The notes: generated from the letters alone by a model not told the origin. A stretch of DNA of 64,000 bases from Alphaproteobacteria bacterium (GCA_963667785.2 CAXXMU010000002.1:896001-960000), one strand, 5' to 3'; positions 1 through 10,536 are shown, numbered from the stretch's first letter. Made by a program: numbers and translations.

Positions 1-2080
1 GGATGGTGATCACGGGCTCGACCTCGCGCAGCTCCTCGAGCGGGATGTGGCAGGCGATGACGTGGCGCTCGGCGTTGGTCCTGACCGGCGGCGGCTCCTC
101 CTCGCAGATGGCGCCGAGCTTGCGCGGACAGCGGGTCGAGAACGGGCACCCCTTGGGCGGATCGAGCGGGCTCGGCAGCGTGCCTTCCAGGACGATGCGG
201 CGCTTCTCCACCTCGGGGTCCGCGATGGGGACGGCGGAGAGCAACGCCTCGGTATAGGGATGGTAGGGCGGCGCGAAGACCTCCTCCGTCGAGCCGCGCT
301 CCATGATCTGCCCGAGATACATCACCACCACCCGGTCGGCGAGATAGCGCACCGCCGAGAGATCGTGGCTGATGAAGAGCAGCGTGGTGCGGTGCTCGCG
401 CTGAATGTCCATCAGCAGCTCCGTCACCGCAGCGGCGACCGAGACGTCGAGCGCCGAGATCGGCTCGTCGGCGATCACCGTCTTGGGATTGCCGGCGAAG
501 GCGCGGGCGATGCCCACCCGCTGCTTCTGCCCGCCGGAGAGCTGCCGGGGCTTGCGCGAGACGAAGGCGCGCGGCAGCTTCACCGTGTCCAGCAGCTCGT
601 TGACGCGCTCCTTCCGCTTGGCGGAATCGCGCTCGATGCCGAAACGCTTGATGACCCGGCCGATCTGGTAGCCGACCGAGTGCGACGGGTTGAGGGTGTC
701 GTTCGGGTTCTGGAACACCATCTGCAGCGAGGCGAGCTGCGCCGCCGAGCGCTTGTTGACCGGGACGCCGCCGAGATCGGTCCCGTCGAGCACGACCTCG
801 CCGTCAGTCGCGGTCTCCAGCCCCATCAGCACCTTGGCGAAGGTGGACTTGCCGCAGCCGGATTCGCCCACGATGGCGACCGTCTCGCTCTCACCTGCGC
901 GGAAGCTGATGCTCTCGTTCGCCTTGACCTGGCGCACCGCACCGCCGGAGACCAGCGCCGCCAGCGAGCGGTCGCGCACCTTGTAGTACTTGCGCATGTT
1001 CGCGACCTGGAGGACGGTCTCGCCGACCTCGATGGGCTCGCGGCTTTCCTCGACCCGCACCGCCTCGGTGACGTCGATCCCCTCCCAGCGCAGGCAGCGG
1101 ACCCGATGCGCCGGATCGTCGTCGGTATGCACGCCTTCCATCGGGATCAGGCCCTTGTCGCACCTCCCCTCCTCGAAGAACACGCAGCGCGGCCCGAAGT
1201 TGCAGCCCTCGGGCCGCTCGTGGGGAAGCGGAAGCTGGCCCTTGATCGAGACCAGCGGGCGCGCGTTCTTGTCGGCATGGGGCAGCGGGATGCAGCCGAA
1301 GAGCCCCTGCGTGTAGGGATGCTTGGGCCAGGAGAAGATCGAATCGATCGTCCCCTCCTCCACCACCTCGCCCGAGTACATCACGCAGATGCGGTCGCAG
1401 ACCTCCAGCATCAGGCCGAGATTGTGAGAGATGTAGAGCAGCGACGAGCCGGTCTTGCGGCTGAGCTCGGCGATCAGCTCGACGATGCCGGCCTCCACCG
1501 TCACGTCGAGCGCCGTCGTCGGCTCGTCGAGCAGCAGGAGCGCCGGCTGCGAGAGCAGCGCCATGGCGATCACCACCCGCTGCTGCTGGCCGCCGGAGAC
1601 CTGGTGCGGATAGGAGATCATCAGGCGCTTCGGGTCCGGGATGTGGACAGCCGACAGCATGTCGTGGGCGCGCTCGAAGGCTTCGGCCCGGCTCACGCCC
1701 TCATGGATGATCGGCACCTCCATGAGCTGCTGGCCGATGGTCAGGCTCGGATTGAGCGAGGCCATCGGCTCCTGGTAGATCATGGCGATGTCCTTGCCGC
1801 GCACGCGGCGAATCTCCTCCTCGGACATCTCGGCCATGTCGCGGCCCTTGAAGCGGATGGTGCCGCCGACGATGTCGCCGTTGTGCCCCATGTAGCGCAT
1901 GATGCCGTTGGCCACGGTGGACTTGCCGCAGCCGGATTCACCCACGAGGCCGACCGATTCGCCCTTCGCCACGGTGAGGTCGAAGTCGTAGACCGCCGGC
2001 ACCTCGCCGGCGCGGGTGTAGTAGCTGAGGCAGAGCCCCGTGATCTCGAGGACCGGCGGCTCAGCGCTGTGATCGTTCAT
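1..2080 (-). CDS. Dipeptide/oligopeptide ABC transporter ATP-binding protein with two fused ATPase domains (3' end runs off the window)
   Basis: Not in the ORF track because it has no stop inside the window. Read manually from ATG at 2080 ([13 protein letters not shown]): two Walker A motifs GESGCGKST, signatures VSGGQQQR and [16 protein letters not shown] Walker B, two HPYT...C-x-F-x-x-RC oligopeptide C-terminal domains. RBS GGAGG upstream. Confidence 0.93.
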   Translation of the reverse strand, partial: MNDHSAEPPVLEITGLCLSYYTRAGEVPAVYDFDLTVAKGESVGLVGESGCGKSTVANGIMRYMGHNGDIVGGTIRFKGRDMAEMSEEEIRRVRGKDIAMIYQEPMASLNPSLTIGQQLMEVPIIHEGVSRAEAFERAHDMLSAVHIPDPKRLMISYPHQVSGGQQQRVVIAMALLSQPALLLLDEPTTALDVTVEAGIVELIAELSRKTGSSLLYISHNLGLMLEVCDRICVMYSGEVVEEGTIDSIFSWPKHPYTQGLFGCIPLPHADKNARPLVSIKGQLPLPHERPEGCNFGPRCVFFEEGRCDKGLIPMEGVHTDDDPAHRVRCLRWEGIDVTEAVRVEESREPIEVGETVLQVANMRKYYKVRDRSLAALVSGGAVRQVKANESISFRAGESETVAIVGESGCGKSTFAKVLMGLETATDGEVVLDGTDLGGVPVNKRSAAQLASLQMVFQNPNDTLNPSHSVGYQIGRVIKRFGIERDSAKRKERVNELLDTVKLPRAFVSRKPRQLSGGQKQRVGIARAFAGNPKTVIADEPISALDVSVAAAVTELLMDIQREHRTTLLFISHDLSAVRYLADRVVVMYLGQIMERGSTEEVFAPPYHPYTEALLSAVPIADPEVEKRRIVLEGTLPSPLDPPKGCPFSTRCPRKLGAICEEEPPPVRTNAERHVIACHIPLEELREVEPVITI

Positions 2081-2090
2081 TCCGCGCCTC

Positions 2091-2996
2091 CTAGTCCTTG
2101 AGCGATACTTCGCGCAGCCCGTCGGCCAGCAGGTTGAAGCCGAGCACCAGCAGCGAGACCGCGCAGGCGGGCAGGATCGCCATGTGGGGGAAGCCGCCGG
2201 AGACGAAGGCGCGGGTCTCGGTGATCATCCCGCCCCAGTCCGGGTCGGGCGGCGGCAGGCCGAGGCCGAGGAAGCCGAGCGCGCCGATGGTGATCGTCGT
2301 GTAGCCCATGCGCAGGCAGAAATCGACGATCAGCGGCCCGCGCGCGTTGGGCAGGATCTCCATCAGCATGATGTACCAGGGCCCCTCGCCCCTGGTCTGG
2401 GCGGCGGCGATGTAGTCGCGGGTCGCGATGTCCATCGTCACGCCGCGCACGATGCGCATGATGCCGGGCGAGGAGGCGAAGACGACCGCGAAGATGATGT
2501 TGATCCCGGACGCGCCGACCTTCGCGATGATCAGCACGTAGAGCACCATGATCGGGAAGGAGAGAATCACGTTGGCGACGAAGGAGAGGATCTCGTCCAG
2601 GTAGCCCCGGAAGTAGCCGGCTGCCAGGCCCATGAGGATGCCCACAACGTAGGCGCAGGCCGTCGCCGCGGTGGCGTAGAAGAGCACCCGCTGGCCGCCG
2701 AAGATGATCCGGGACAGGATGTCGCGGCCGAGATGGTCGGTGCCGAGCAGGAACACGCCGCCGTCCGGCGCGTCTGCGCCGGGGAAGGCGAAGGGCACCA
2801 TCGTCGCGTTGGGGTCGAAGGGCGCGATGAACTCGGCGAAGATCGCGAGGATCACGAAGCCGAGGACGATGCCGGCGCCCACCATGCCGACCGGGCTCTC
2901 CCTCAGCAACGCGACCGGCTTGAGGGACGCGGCGAAGCTCGCGCCGAGCCTGGCGAGCGGCGTGCTGGGGGCTCCCATGCGCGGCACGTCGCTCAT
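2091..2996 (-). CDS. Dipeptide/oligopeptide ABC permease (DppC/OppC type)
   Basis: LGTDHLGRDILSR motif, EAA-like loop (YIAAAQTRG), GLGLPPPDPDWG. Start re-assigned to MSDVPRM at 2996, overlapping the upstream gene stop (ATGA). Confidence 0.92.
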   Translation of the reverse strand: MSDVPRMGAPSTPLARLGASFAASLKPVALLRESPVGMVGAGIVLGFVILAIFAEFIAPFDPNATMVPFAFPGADAPDGGVFLLGTDHLGRDILSRIIFGGQRVLFYATAATACAYVVGILMGLAAGYFRGYLDEILSFVANVILSFPIMVLYVLIIAKVGASGINIIFAVVFASSPGIMRIVRGVTMDIATRDYIAAAQTRGEGPWYIMLMEILPNARGPLIVDFCLRMGYTTITIGALGFLGLGLPPPDPDWGGMITETRAFVSGGFPHMAILPACAVSLLVLGFNLLADGLREVSLKD

Positions 2997-3925
2997 TTGA
3001 ACCTGATCCTCGGGTTCAGATAGGTGTAGCCGAGGTCGCCGACTGTCTGCGTGAAGACCGCGACGAAGACCGCCGCCGTGCCGCAGGCCTCGATGACGAA
3101 GATGTCGCGCCGGAGCGCCGCCTCCAGCAGCAGCGCGCCGAAGCCCTTGTAGCCGAACGCGAACTCGGTCACGACCACGCCCGACAGCAGCCAATTGATC
3201 TGCAGCATGATCACGGTGAACGGCGCGATCAGCGCGTTGCGGAGCGCGTGCTTCAGGATGATGCGCCGGTAGGGCAGGCCCTTGAGCACGGCCGTGCGTA
3301 TGTAGGGCGTGGTCATCACCTCGGCCATCGAGGCGCGCGTCATGCGCGCGATGTAGCCGAAGCCGTAGAGCACCAGCACCAGCACCGGCAGGATCATCTG
3401 GACCGGGTCGAAGCCCGAGGTCATCGACGAGGTGCCCGGCAGGATGCCCAGCCAGAAGACGAAGATGCCGACCAGGAACACCGCGCTGGCGTATTCCGGG
3501 ATCGAGGTGGTGATGATCGAGAAGACCGAGATCGACCGGTCCTGCAGCGATCCCTCCTTCATGCCCGCCAGCACGCCGAGGGTGAGCGCGATCACGACCA
3601 TGATGACGAAGGTGACGCCGGCGAGGATGCCGGTGTTGCCGAGGCGGTCCCAGAAGATCTCGTTAACGGGCCGCTTGTAGATGACCGAGTAGCCGAGGTC
3701 GCCGGCGAATATTCGGCCTATCCATTCGAAGTAGCGAACGATGACCGAGCGGTCGTAGCCGTTCTCGATCACCCAGGCGTTGAGCTGCTCGGGCTGCGCG
3801 TAGGGCCCGAGAACGCTGCGGGCGACCAGCGTCGGGTCGCCCTCGTTGATGAGGAAGAGCAGCAGCGCGACGACCAGCAGGATGAGGATCATCATGCCGA
3901 TGCGCCGGATGATCAGCTGGACCAT
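2993..3925 (-). CDS. Dipeptide/oligopeptide ABC permease (DppB/OppB type)
   Basis: GDP near N-terminus, GDLGYS, RMTRASMAEVM...YIRTAVLKGL...HALRNA, ends LNPRIRFK. Confidence 0.93.
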   Translation of the reverse strand: MVQLIIRRIGMMILILLVVALLLFLINEGDPTLVARSVLGPYAQPEQLNAWVIENGYDRSVIVRYFEWIGRIFAGDLGYSVIYKRPVNEIFWDRLGNTGILAGVTFVIMVVIALTLGVLAGMKEGSLQDRSISVFSIITTSIPEYASAVFLVGIFVFWLGILPGTSSMTSGFDPVQMILPVLVLVLYGFGYIARMTRASMAEVMTTPYIRTAVLKGLPYRRIILKHALRNALIAPFTVIMLQINWLLSGVVVTEFAFGYKGFGALLLEAALRRDIFVIEACGTAAVFVAVFTQTVGDLGYTYLNPRIRFK

Positions 3926-3952
3926 GTCAGGCTCCAGCCGTCAAGCGAAGAC

Positions 3953-4023
3953 GCGCGGGACAGGCTCGTCCCGCGCCGGCGATAAGGGGGAACGTGGCGC
4001 GGGAGCCCGGAGACCCCCGCGCC
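3953..4023. terminator. Two GC-rich stem-loops between the binding-protein gene and the permease (partial terminator or mRNA-stabilising hairpins)
   Basis: GCGCGGGAC-6nt-GTCCCGCGC (3953-3976) and GGCGCGGG...CCCGCGCC (3996-4023). No U-tract. Confidence 0.45.
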
Positions 4024-4032
4024 GCTCGTCGC

Positions 4033-5754
4033 TCAAGCGTCGTCCAGCCACACTTCGTGGAACTGGTGATACAAGGTCGGGTGGACCTTCAGGCCCTTCA
4101 CCTTCTTGTTCGCCGCCTTGTACACCGAGCGCCAGAAGGGCTGCGGGATGATCGCGTCGTCCTGCAGGATCTTCTGGCAGACCGCCATCTTCTTCTTGCG
4201 CTCGTTGACGTCGAACGTGCCGTCGGCATCGTCGAGCGCCGCATCGAAGGCCGGGTTGTCGTAGGCGCACTCGTTCCACGGCACGCCGGCCCGGTAGGCG
4301 AGGCCGAGCACCATGGTGCCGAGCGGGCGGTGCGTCCACGCCGTGTAGCCCCACGGCGCCTTGTCCCAGACCTCCCAGTACTGGTTGGCCGGCATCTTGT
4401 TGATGTCGATGTTGATGCCGGCAGGCGCCGCCTGGTTCTTGAAGATCGCGCAGGCGTCGGTCATCCACGGGCCCTCGGTGTCGCCGTTGGCGATCTCGAT
4501 GGTGATCCCGTCGGGATAGCCGGCCTCGGCGAGCAGCGCCTTCGCCTTCTCGATGTCCCGCTTGAGCGGCGGCAGTTCCGCGTACTCGGGATGGATCGGG
4601 CAGACGTGGTGGTTCTCGGCGACCTGGCCGCGCCCCTGGAAGGATTTTTCCAGCAGCTCCGCGTGGTCCATGCAGGCCGCCACCGCCTGGCGCAGCTTGA
4701 GATTGTCGAACGGCGCCTCGGTGACCCGGAAGCGCATGACTGCGGTCTGCGCCGTCGTCACCGAGTGGATGTCCACGAAGGGCAGCGCCGCCACCGCCTC
4801 GTGGGCGTCGCTGGGCAGGCGGTAGATCATGTCCACCTGCTGCGAGGCGAGCGCCGCGACCCAGGCGTTGGTGTCCTCGCCGTGGTCGTAGTAGTGGATC
4901 TCGTCCAGGTAGAAGGGGCCGGCCCACCAGTCCCGCGCCTTCTTGAGGATGGCGGCCTCGCCCACGTCGTTCCGGACCAGCTCGAACGGGCCGGTGCCGA
5001 TCGGGTTCGAGGCGAGATCGGCCTCGTAGTCCACGCCGAAGCCCCGGTGCACGATGGCGGTCGGATAGTTGTAGAACTTCTCCGGCATCGCCAGGTCGGG
5101 CTGCTTCAGGTTGAACTGGATGGTGTGATCGTCGATCACCTCGATGGCGTTGGGAATGCCCCGCTTCACGCCGTCCGCATCGGCCTCGACCATGGCCCCG
5201 AAGAGCCCGAGGTTCGACGAGCCGACGGCCGGGTCGAGCCAGCGGCTCACCGTGTGGGCGACGTCGGCCGCGGTGAAGGCGTCGCCGTTCGACCAGGTGA
5301 CGCCCTGGCGCAGATGGAAGACCCAGGTCGACAAGTCGTCGGACGCCTCCCACTTCTCGGCGAGGTAGGGGACCGTGATGTTGTCCGACCGGGTCCTGGA
5401 CAGGTGCTCCACCATGAAGCGCGCGACGTTCGACCTCTCGACCCAGTCGAAGATGGCCGGGTCGTCCATCGCCTGCACCCGCTGGGAGACCTTGAGCACG
5501 CCGCCCATCTTGGGCTCACCGGCGCTGGCGGAACGGATCACGTCACCGCCGGGCATGCCGGCCATGGCATAGGCCGTGCCGGCGGCCACGCCGAGCAGCG
5601 TCGCCTGGCGCAGGAAGTCGCGCCGGCTGATCTTGCCCGTCTGCAACTGGTCGCAGAGCTCCGGCATGTAGGAATGTGTCTCCGCGCCCAACGCGCGTTC
5701 CGACGGCAGCGTGTAGCGCCGCGGATCACGGCTCAGCACTTTCTTGTCACTCAT
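4033..5754 (-). CDS. Family-5 (Dpp/Opp-like) ABC substrate-binding protein with Tat signal
   Basis: ISRRDFL twin-arginine motif; PYLAEKW...FHLRQGVTWSNGDAFTAADV; IGTGPF; PFDNLKLRQA. Start MSDKKV at 5754 preceded by AAGGAGG. Confidence 0.93.
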   Translation of the reverse strand: MSDKKVLSRDPRRYTLPSERALGAETHSYMPELCDQLQTGKISRRDFLRQATLLGVAAGTAYAMAGMPGGDVIRSASAGEPKMGGVLKVSQRVQAMDDPAIFDWVERSNVARFMVEHLSRTRSDNITVPYLAEKWEASDDLSTWVFHLRQGVTWSNGDAFTAADVAHTVSRWLDPAVGSSNLGLFGAMVEADADGVKRGIPNAIEVIDDHTIQFNLKQPDLAMPEKFYNYPTAIVHRGFGVDYEADLASNPIGTGPFELVRNDVGEAAILKKARDWWAGPFYLDEIHYYDHGEDTNAWVAALASQQVDMIYRLPSDAHEAVAALPFVDIHSVTTAQTAVMRFRVTEAPFDNLKLRQAVAACMDHAELLEKSFQGRGQVAENHHVCPIHPEYAELPPLKRDIEKAKALLAEAGYPDGITIEIANGDTEGPWMTDACAIFKNQAAPAGINIDINKMPANQYWEVWDKAPWGYTAWTHRPLGTMVLGLAYRAGVPWNECAYDNPAFDAALDDADGTFDVNERKKKMAVCQKILQDDAIIPQPFWRSVYKAANKKVKGLKVHPTLYHQFHEVWLDDA

Positions 5755-6005
5755 AGACGTAACCCTCCTTCGTGTGATTCGCGTCGACGGTGCCGAGGCT
5801 AGACGGCGCCGGCGAGCCGGCATTGGAAGACGTGCCTTGGTCCCGTTCCGCCTGCCTGTCACCAGTCCGGTTGGAACCAAGCCTAGCCCAAAGCGGAGCC
5901 TCTGTCGCCCCGCCAAACATCTCGGAAAACGCAAAAAACCTCCCCGCAGTTCGATCTGTCAGCGAACCGGACGCGGCATCGTCATGTTTTCGCATGCCAA
6001 TGACC

Positions 6006-8504
6006 TCAGTCGCGCATGCGGCCGCCATTGGGATCGTAGAGCGGCGTGGTCTCGACCCGTGCCGGGAACATCTCGCCCAGGATCTCGATATCGAAGCGCT
6101 CGTCGGTCGCCGCGATCGCCGTCGGCACGTAGCCCAGCGCCATCGACTGCCCCACGTGGTGCGCGTATCCGCCGGAGCAGACATAGCCCACCGCCGCGCC
6201 GTCTCTCAGGATCGCCTCGTCGTTGGAGACGTCGATGGGCGCGCCGTCGATCTCCGGCGCATCGATGACCAGCGGCACCAGGCGCTTCGCAGGCCCCGAC
6301 CGGCGCTCTGCGTCCGCCGCCGCCTTGCCGACGAACTCCTTGTCCCACTGGATGAAGGCGTCGAGCCCGCTTTCCGCCGCCGTGAAGTCCGGCCGGTAGT
6401 CGAGCGTCCAGACGCCCCAGGCCTTCTCCAGCCGGAGCGACATCAGCGCCCGCGCACCGTACCAGCAGAGGCCGAGATCGGCGCCGGCGGCCTCGATCGC
6501 CTCCGCGAGCGCGATCTGGAACTGGGGTGCGACGTAGATCTCGTAGCCGAGCTCGCCCGAGAAGCTGAGCCGCGAGACGATGGCCGGGACGCCGCCGACG
6601 AAGCACCGCCGGATGTCGCGGAAGCGGAATGCGTCCGCCGACACGTCGTCGCGGGTGATGCGTGCGAGCAGCGCGCGCGAGCGCGGGCCGGAGAGGGCGA
6701 TGCCGTGCAGCGCGTCGGAGAGGTTGCGGTAGTCGACGCCCGTGCCGAGGCGCTGCACGAACCAGCGCCGGTGCGCCTCCTGCATCGCGCCCGAACCCAC
6801 CACCAGGAAGTCGTCCTCGGCGAGGCAGGCGACGGTCAGGTCGCCGTAGAGCTTGCCCTTCTCCGTCAGCATCGGCGCGAGCGCGAGACGGCCGGGCCCC
6901 GGTACGCGGCCGGCCAGCACGCGATCCAGGAAGGTGCGGGCGCCGGGGCCGGTGAACCCGTGCTTGGAGTAGTTGGCGATCTCGATGCAGCCCACGGCCT
7001 CGCGCACCGCCTTCACCTCGCGCGCGACATAGTCGTGCGCCCGGGAGCGGCGGAAGGACGGGTCCTCGTGGGCGTCCTCGGGCCCGTCGGCGAACCAGAG
7101 CGCGTGCTCCAGCCCGAAGCCCTGGTCCATCACCGCGCCCTTCGCCACCAGCCGGTCGTGGAGCGCGGTGGTCTTCTGGCGCCGGCCCTTCGGCAGGGTC
7201 TCGTTGGGGAAGGTCATCACGAAGCGGCGCTCGTAGTTCTCAGACGACTTGACCGTGCCCCAGTCGGGCGTCGCGAACTCGCCGAAGCGGGCGATGTCCA
7301 TGGCCCACACGTCGATCGAGGGCTCGCCGTCGATCATCCACTCGGCGATGCTGCGCCCCACGCCGCCGCCCTGGCAGAAGCCCGCCATCACGCCCACCGC
7401 CACCCAGTAGTTCCTGACCCCCGGCACCGGGCCGATCATGGGGTTGCCGTCGGGGCCGAAGGTGAAGGGGCCGTTGATGACGTCCTTGATCCCGGCGTCG
7501 GCGATGGCGGGGATCCGCTCGAAGGACATCTCCAGCCGGTCGGCGATGCGGTCGAGATCGGGCTGCAGCAGCTCCTGGCCGAAGTCGAGCGGCGTGCCGG
7601 CGACGTTCCAGGGCGTTGACTTCGGCTCGTAGGTTCCGAGCAGAACTCCTTGACGCTCCTGGCGAAAATAGATGTTGGCCTCGTAGTCGATGCCGCCCGG
7701 CAGGCGGCCGGCGCCGCCCTCGCCCATCCGCTCGACGATGACGGGGATCGGCTCGGTGATGAGGTAGTGGTGCTCCATCGGCTGGACCGGGAGCTCGATG
7801 CCCGCCAGCCGCCCGACCTCGCGCGCCCAGAGCCCGCCGCAGTTCACGACCTGCTCGGCGTTCACCGTGCCGCGCGGCGTCACCACGTCCCACGTGCCGT
7901 CGGAGCGCTGACTGGTCTCGACCACCGGCGTCTGCGTGAAGTACTGCGCGCCGTGAACGCGGGCCGACTTGGCGAAGGCGTAGGTCGCGCCGGAGGGGTC
8001 GAGGTCGCCGTCGAGCTCGTCCCAGAGCGCCGCGTAGTAGTGCTTCGGGTCGATGAGCGGATGGCGCTCGGCGACCTCGGCAGGCGAGATGAACTCCTGG
8101 TCGAGCCCCATGTAGCGGGCCTTGGAGCGCTCGCGCTTCAGGTAGTCGTACCAGTCCCGCGTCGACGCGAGATAGAAGCCGCCGGTCCTGTTCAGCCCGA
8201 CCGATTGCCCGGAGGTCTCCTCGATCTCCTCGTAGAGGTTGATCGTGTAGCCCTGCAGGCGGGAGATGTTGGGGTCCGACGAGAGCGTGTGGATCATCCC
8301 GGCCGCGTGCCATGACGAGCCGGCGGTGAGCTGGTCCCGCTCCAGCAGGATCACGTCCTTCCAGCCGAACTTCGCGAGGTGGAACAGGATCGAGCAGCCG
8401 ACCACGCCGCCGCCGATGACGACCACCCTGGCATGGCGGGGAAGCGGCTTGCCGGCGTCTCCGGCGCTCTCGTCTCGCCGAATCTCAGGCATCGCGGCAC
8501 TCAC
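6006..8504 (-). CDS. GcvT-family FAD-dependent dehydrogenase (dimethylglycine/sarcosine dehydrogenase-like)
   Basis: VVIGGGVVG FAD fold, GSSWHAAG, INGPFTFGPDG, C-terminal aminomethyltransferase domain (SFSGELGYEI, SLRLEK). Confidence 0.92.
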   Translation of the reverse strand: MSAAMPEIRRDESAGDAGKPLPRHARVVVIGGGVVGCSILFHLAKFGWKDVILLERDQLTAGSSWHAAGMIHTLSSDPNISRLQGYTINLYEEIEETSGQSVGLNRTGGFYLASTRDWYDYLKRERSKARYMGLDQEFISPAEVAERHPLIDPKHYYAALWDELDGDLDPSGATYAFAKSARVHGAQYFTQTPVVETSQRSDGTWDVVTPRGTVNAEQVVNCGGLWAREVGRLAGIELPVQPMEHHYLITEPIPVIVERMGEGGAGRLPGGIDYEANIYFRQERQGVLLGTYEPKSTPWNVAGTPLDFGQELLQPDLDRIADRLEMSFERIPAIADAGIKDVINGPFTFGPDGNPMIGPVPGVRNYWVAVGVMAGFCQGGGVGRSIAEWMIDGEPSIDVWAMDIARFGEFATPDWGTVKSSENYERRFVMTFPNETLPKGRRQKTTALHDRLVAKGAVMDQGFGLEHALWFADGPEDAHEDPSFRRSRAHDYVAREVKAVREAVGCIEIANYSKHGFTGPGARTFLDRVLAGRVPGPGRLALAPMLTEKGKLYGDLTVACLAEDDFLVVGSGAMQEAHRRWFVQRLGTGVDYRNLSDALHGIALSGPRSRALLARITRDDVSADAFRFRDIRRCFVGGVPAIVSRLSFSGELGYEIYVAPQFQIALAEAIEAAGADLGLCWYGARALMSLRLEKAWGVWTLDYRPDFTAAESGLDAFIQWDKEFVGKAAADAERRSGPAKRLVPLVIDAPEIDGAPIDVSNDEAILRDGAAVGYVCSGGYAHHVGQSMALGYVPTAIAATDERFDIEILGEMFPARVETTPLYDPNGGRMRD

Positions 8505-8612
8505 TCGGTTTCAGAGCCGGCGGGACGGTCCACCTCCCTCCGTCCTCATAGCACCCGAGCGCGCGCGGTCATTGGCCTCTATGAGACGTGTCCTGCTCCG
8601 ATAGCGGCAGAA

Positions 8613-10226
8613 TCACCCATTCGGCCCGCCGCCGCCGGCGCGCCAATAGGGGGTGGCCGCGGCGAAGGCGTGCCAGTCCTCCGCGATCCTGGCGCGGACC
8701 TCCTCGCGGGCGCGGGCATGCCAGCCCATCACCTGGCCGGCGCCGATCCCGAGCGCGACGCGATCCTCGCTGTCGCGATGGGCGTGGAGCAGCTCCCGCA
8801 GGCGGCGCTCCGCCACCACCGCGTCGTTGAGGTGGCCGAGCCCGTCCTGCAGCCGCCGCGCCGCCCTGATGAAGGGGCGGGGCTTGCTCTCTGGGAACTG
8901 CGCGGCGAAGAACTCGCCCGCGTAGCGCAGTTTCTTGAGCGTGATCCTGAGCCGGTGGAGGCGGTCGTCGGAGAGTCGCTCGAAGTTGCGCCCGCGCTTG
9001 AGCACCCGCGCGTGCCGCTTGTCGAGCAGGCGTCCGGCGAGGCCCGCGAGCGGCCGGTCGAGCGCGGCCTCGTCCGCGCCGATCCGCCAGCCGGCGGTCT
9101 CGATCCAGCGGCTGAAGCTGAGCAGGAACGACGTGTATGCGGGCGCACGCAGCGCCTCCGCCTGCTCGTAGGCCCGGGCGCGCTCCGTCTCGGCAGCGGC
9201 GGCGAGCCGGTCGAGAGCGTCGTCACCGGGCCGGGCCGCGCGGACGGCCGGCAGCGTCTCGATGATGAACACGTCCCAGTCGCGGGCCGGGCCGAGCAGG
9301 TCGATGAGGCGGCTCGCCTCGCGCTCGATCCAGGCGGTATCGCCCGGCGGCAGCACGGTCTTGAACGCCGAGATGGCCGAGCGCAGCCGGCGCAGGGCGA
9401 CGCGGAACTGGTGCACGCCCTCGGGATCGCTGTGGTCCAGCACCGCGTCGTGGTTCGCGGCGCAGTGGCTCGCGCAGGCGCGGAAGATCGCGGCGAGCGC
9501 GTCCTCCACGGATATCCCCGGCGCCAGTGCGAGCGCCGGCGCCTTGCAGCCGGCATAGCCCTCGCCGCCCGCCAGCACGTAGCCGCGCTTCGCCTTGCTC
9601 GCGGTCTGAATGCGAAGCGGCGCGGAGGCGTGCAGCGTCATGGCGAGCTCGTAGAGCGCGCTCGCCGGGCCCTCGATCAGCTCGAGCTCCAGCTCGGAGA
9701 TGGTGTCGTGCCGGTTCCGCGCCCTGATCTCGCCGCTGTCGAGCGCGAGCTCGACCAGCGCGGTGCCGCGACCCGGCGCGGCGACCTCGACCATGGCGGT
9801 GCGCCGCATCACGTCCGTGGAAAAGGCCGGCGTGAGCTCGGTCGACCGGAGCGGCCCCACCGCGGCGCGCACCGCCGGATCCTGCACGACGGGCAGGCGC
9901 GGTGTCGTCCCCTCGACGGGGCACGACCATTCGTTGCGCCTGAGCACGGCGCCGGCGTCCGACGGCCCCTCCGACTTGAGCGTCTGCACCAGCCGCTCCC
10001 CGTCCTCGCGGATGCGCAGCGTGAAGCCGCGCCGGCGCAGGCGGAAGTCGCCGGTATCGTAGTAGGTGCTGCGCAGCCGCTGCGCGCGCTCGTGCCCGCC
10101 CGCGGGAACCGCGGCGCGCCAGCCGCGGTCGAGGGCGGCGGGATCGCCGCCCAGCGTCAGCTCGACCTCGAGCGCGTGTCCGCTCTCTGCGGCGGCGGTC
10201 TCGGCCCCGCCGTCTTTCTCTCCCAT
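8613..10226 (-). CDS. CYTH + CHAD domain protein (polyphosphate/triphosphate-related)
   Basis: STYYDT...LRIR...QTLK and ELELELIEG (CYTH); HQFRVALRRLRS, LGPARDWDV, HRLRITLKKLRY, LQDGLGHLND (CHAD). Confidence 0.9.
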   Translation of the reverse strand: MGEKDGGAETAAAESGHALEVELTLGGDPAALDRGWRAAVPAGGHERAQRLRSTYYDTGDFRLRRRGFTLRIREDGERLVQTLKSEGPSDAGAVLRRNEWSCPVEGTTPRLPVVQDPAVRAAVGPLRSTELTPAFSTDVMRRTAMVEVAAPGRGTALVELALDSGEIRARNRHDTISELELELIEGPASALYELAMTLHASAPLRIQTASKAKRGYVLAGGEGYAGCKAPALALAPGISVEDALAAIFRACASHCAANHDAVLDHSDPEGVHQFRVALRRLRSAISAFKTVLPPGDTAWIEREASRLIDLLGPARDWDVFIIETLPAVRAARPGDDALDRLAAAAETERARAYEQAEALRAPAYTSFLLSFSRWIETAGWRIGADEAALDRPLAGLAGRLLDKRHARVLKRGRNFERLSDDRLHRLRITLKKLRYAGEFFAAQFPESKPRPFIRAARRLQDGLGHLNDAVVAERRLRELLHAHRDSEDRVALGIGAGQVMGWHARAREEVRARIAEDWHAFAAATPYWRAGGGGPNG

Positions 10227-10400
10227 GGTCCGCCGTTCCCGCTGCCGGATGCAGGAGTCTCGTTCGCCCGCGCCTCAGCGGGAGATAGTCACGAAACTAT
10301 CCTCGCATCGTCAAGGACAGTGAAGCGAAACCGTGACGACAGCACCCGTTGGCCCCGCTGCCGCCGCCGTTTTGAGTTGATGGAGGGGCGGCCTTCCCCT

Positions 10401-10532
10401 ATTCAGGGACGCAAGGCGCGTCGCCTCACGAAAGCACGTCAGAGCACACGTCACGAGCAGGAACGAATTCAGTGACACAAGGCACGTCGCCGCACGAAGG
10501 CACTTCGGAACACGCGTCACGAGGAGGAACGA
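10401..10532 (+). repeat. Imperfect tandem duplication (2 x 66 bp) in the 5' leader of the sugar-binding protein gene
   Basis: 10401-10466 vs 10467-10532 align without gaps, 56/66 identical by manual count. Copy 2 carries GAGGAGG 8 nt before the ATG at 10537; copy 1 has GAGCAGG. Confidence 0.9.
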
Positions 10533-10536
10533 ACCC

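Noticed and set aside
5755-6005. Possible riboswitch (e.g. glycine) in the leader of the Dpp-like binding protein gene
   Set aside because: No recognisable aptamer consensus seen; an Rfam scan would be needed to exclude it.
10401-10532. Possible CRISPR mini-array
   Set aside because: Two directly abutting units with no spacers, and no cas genes in the window.
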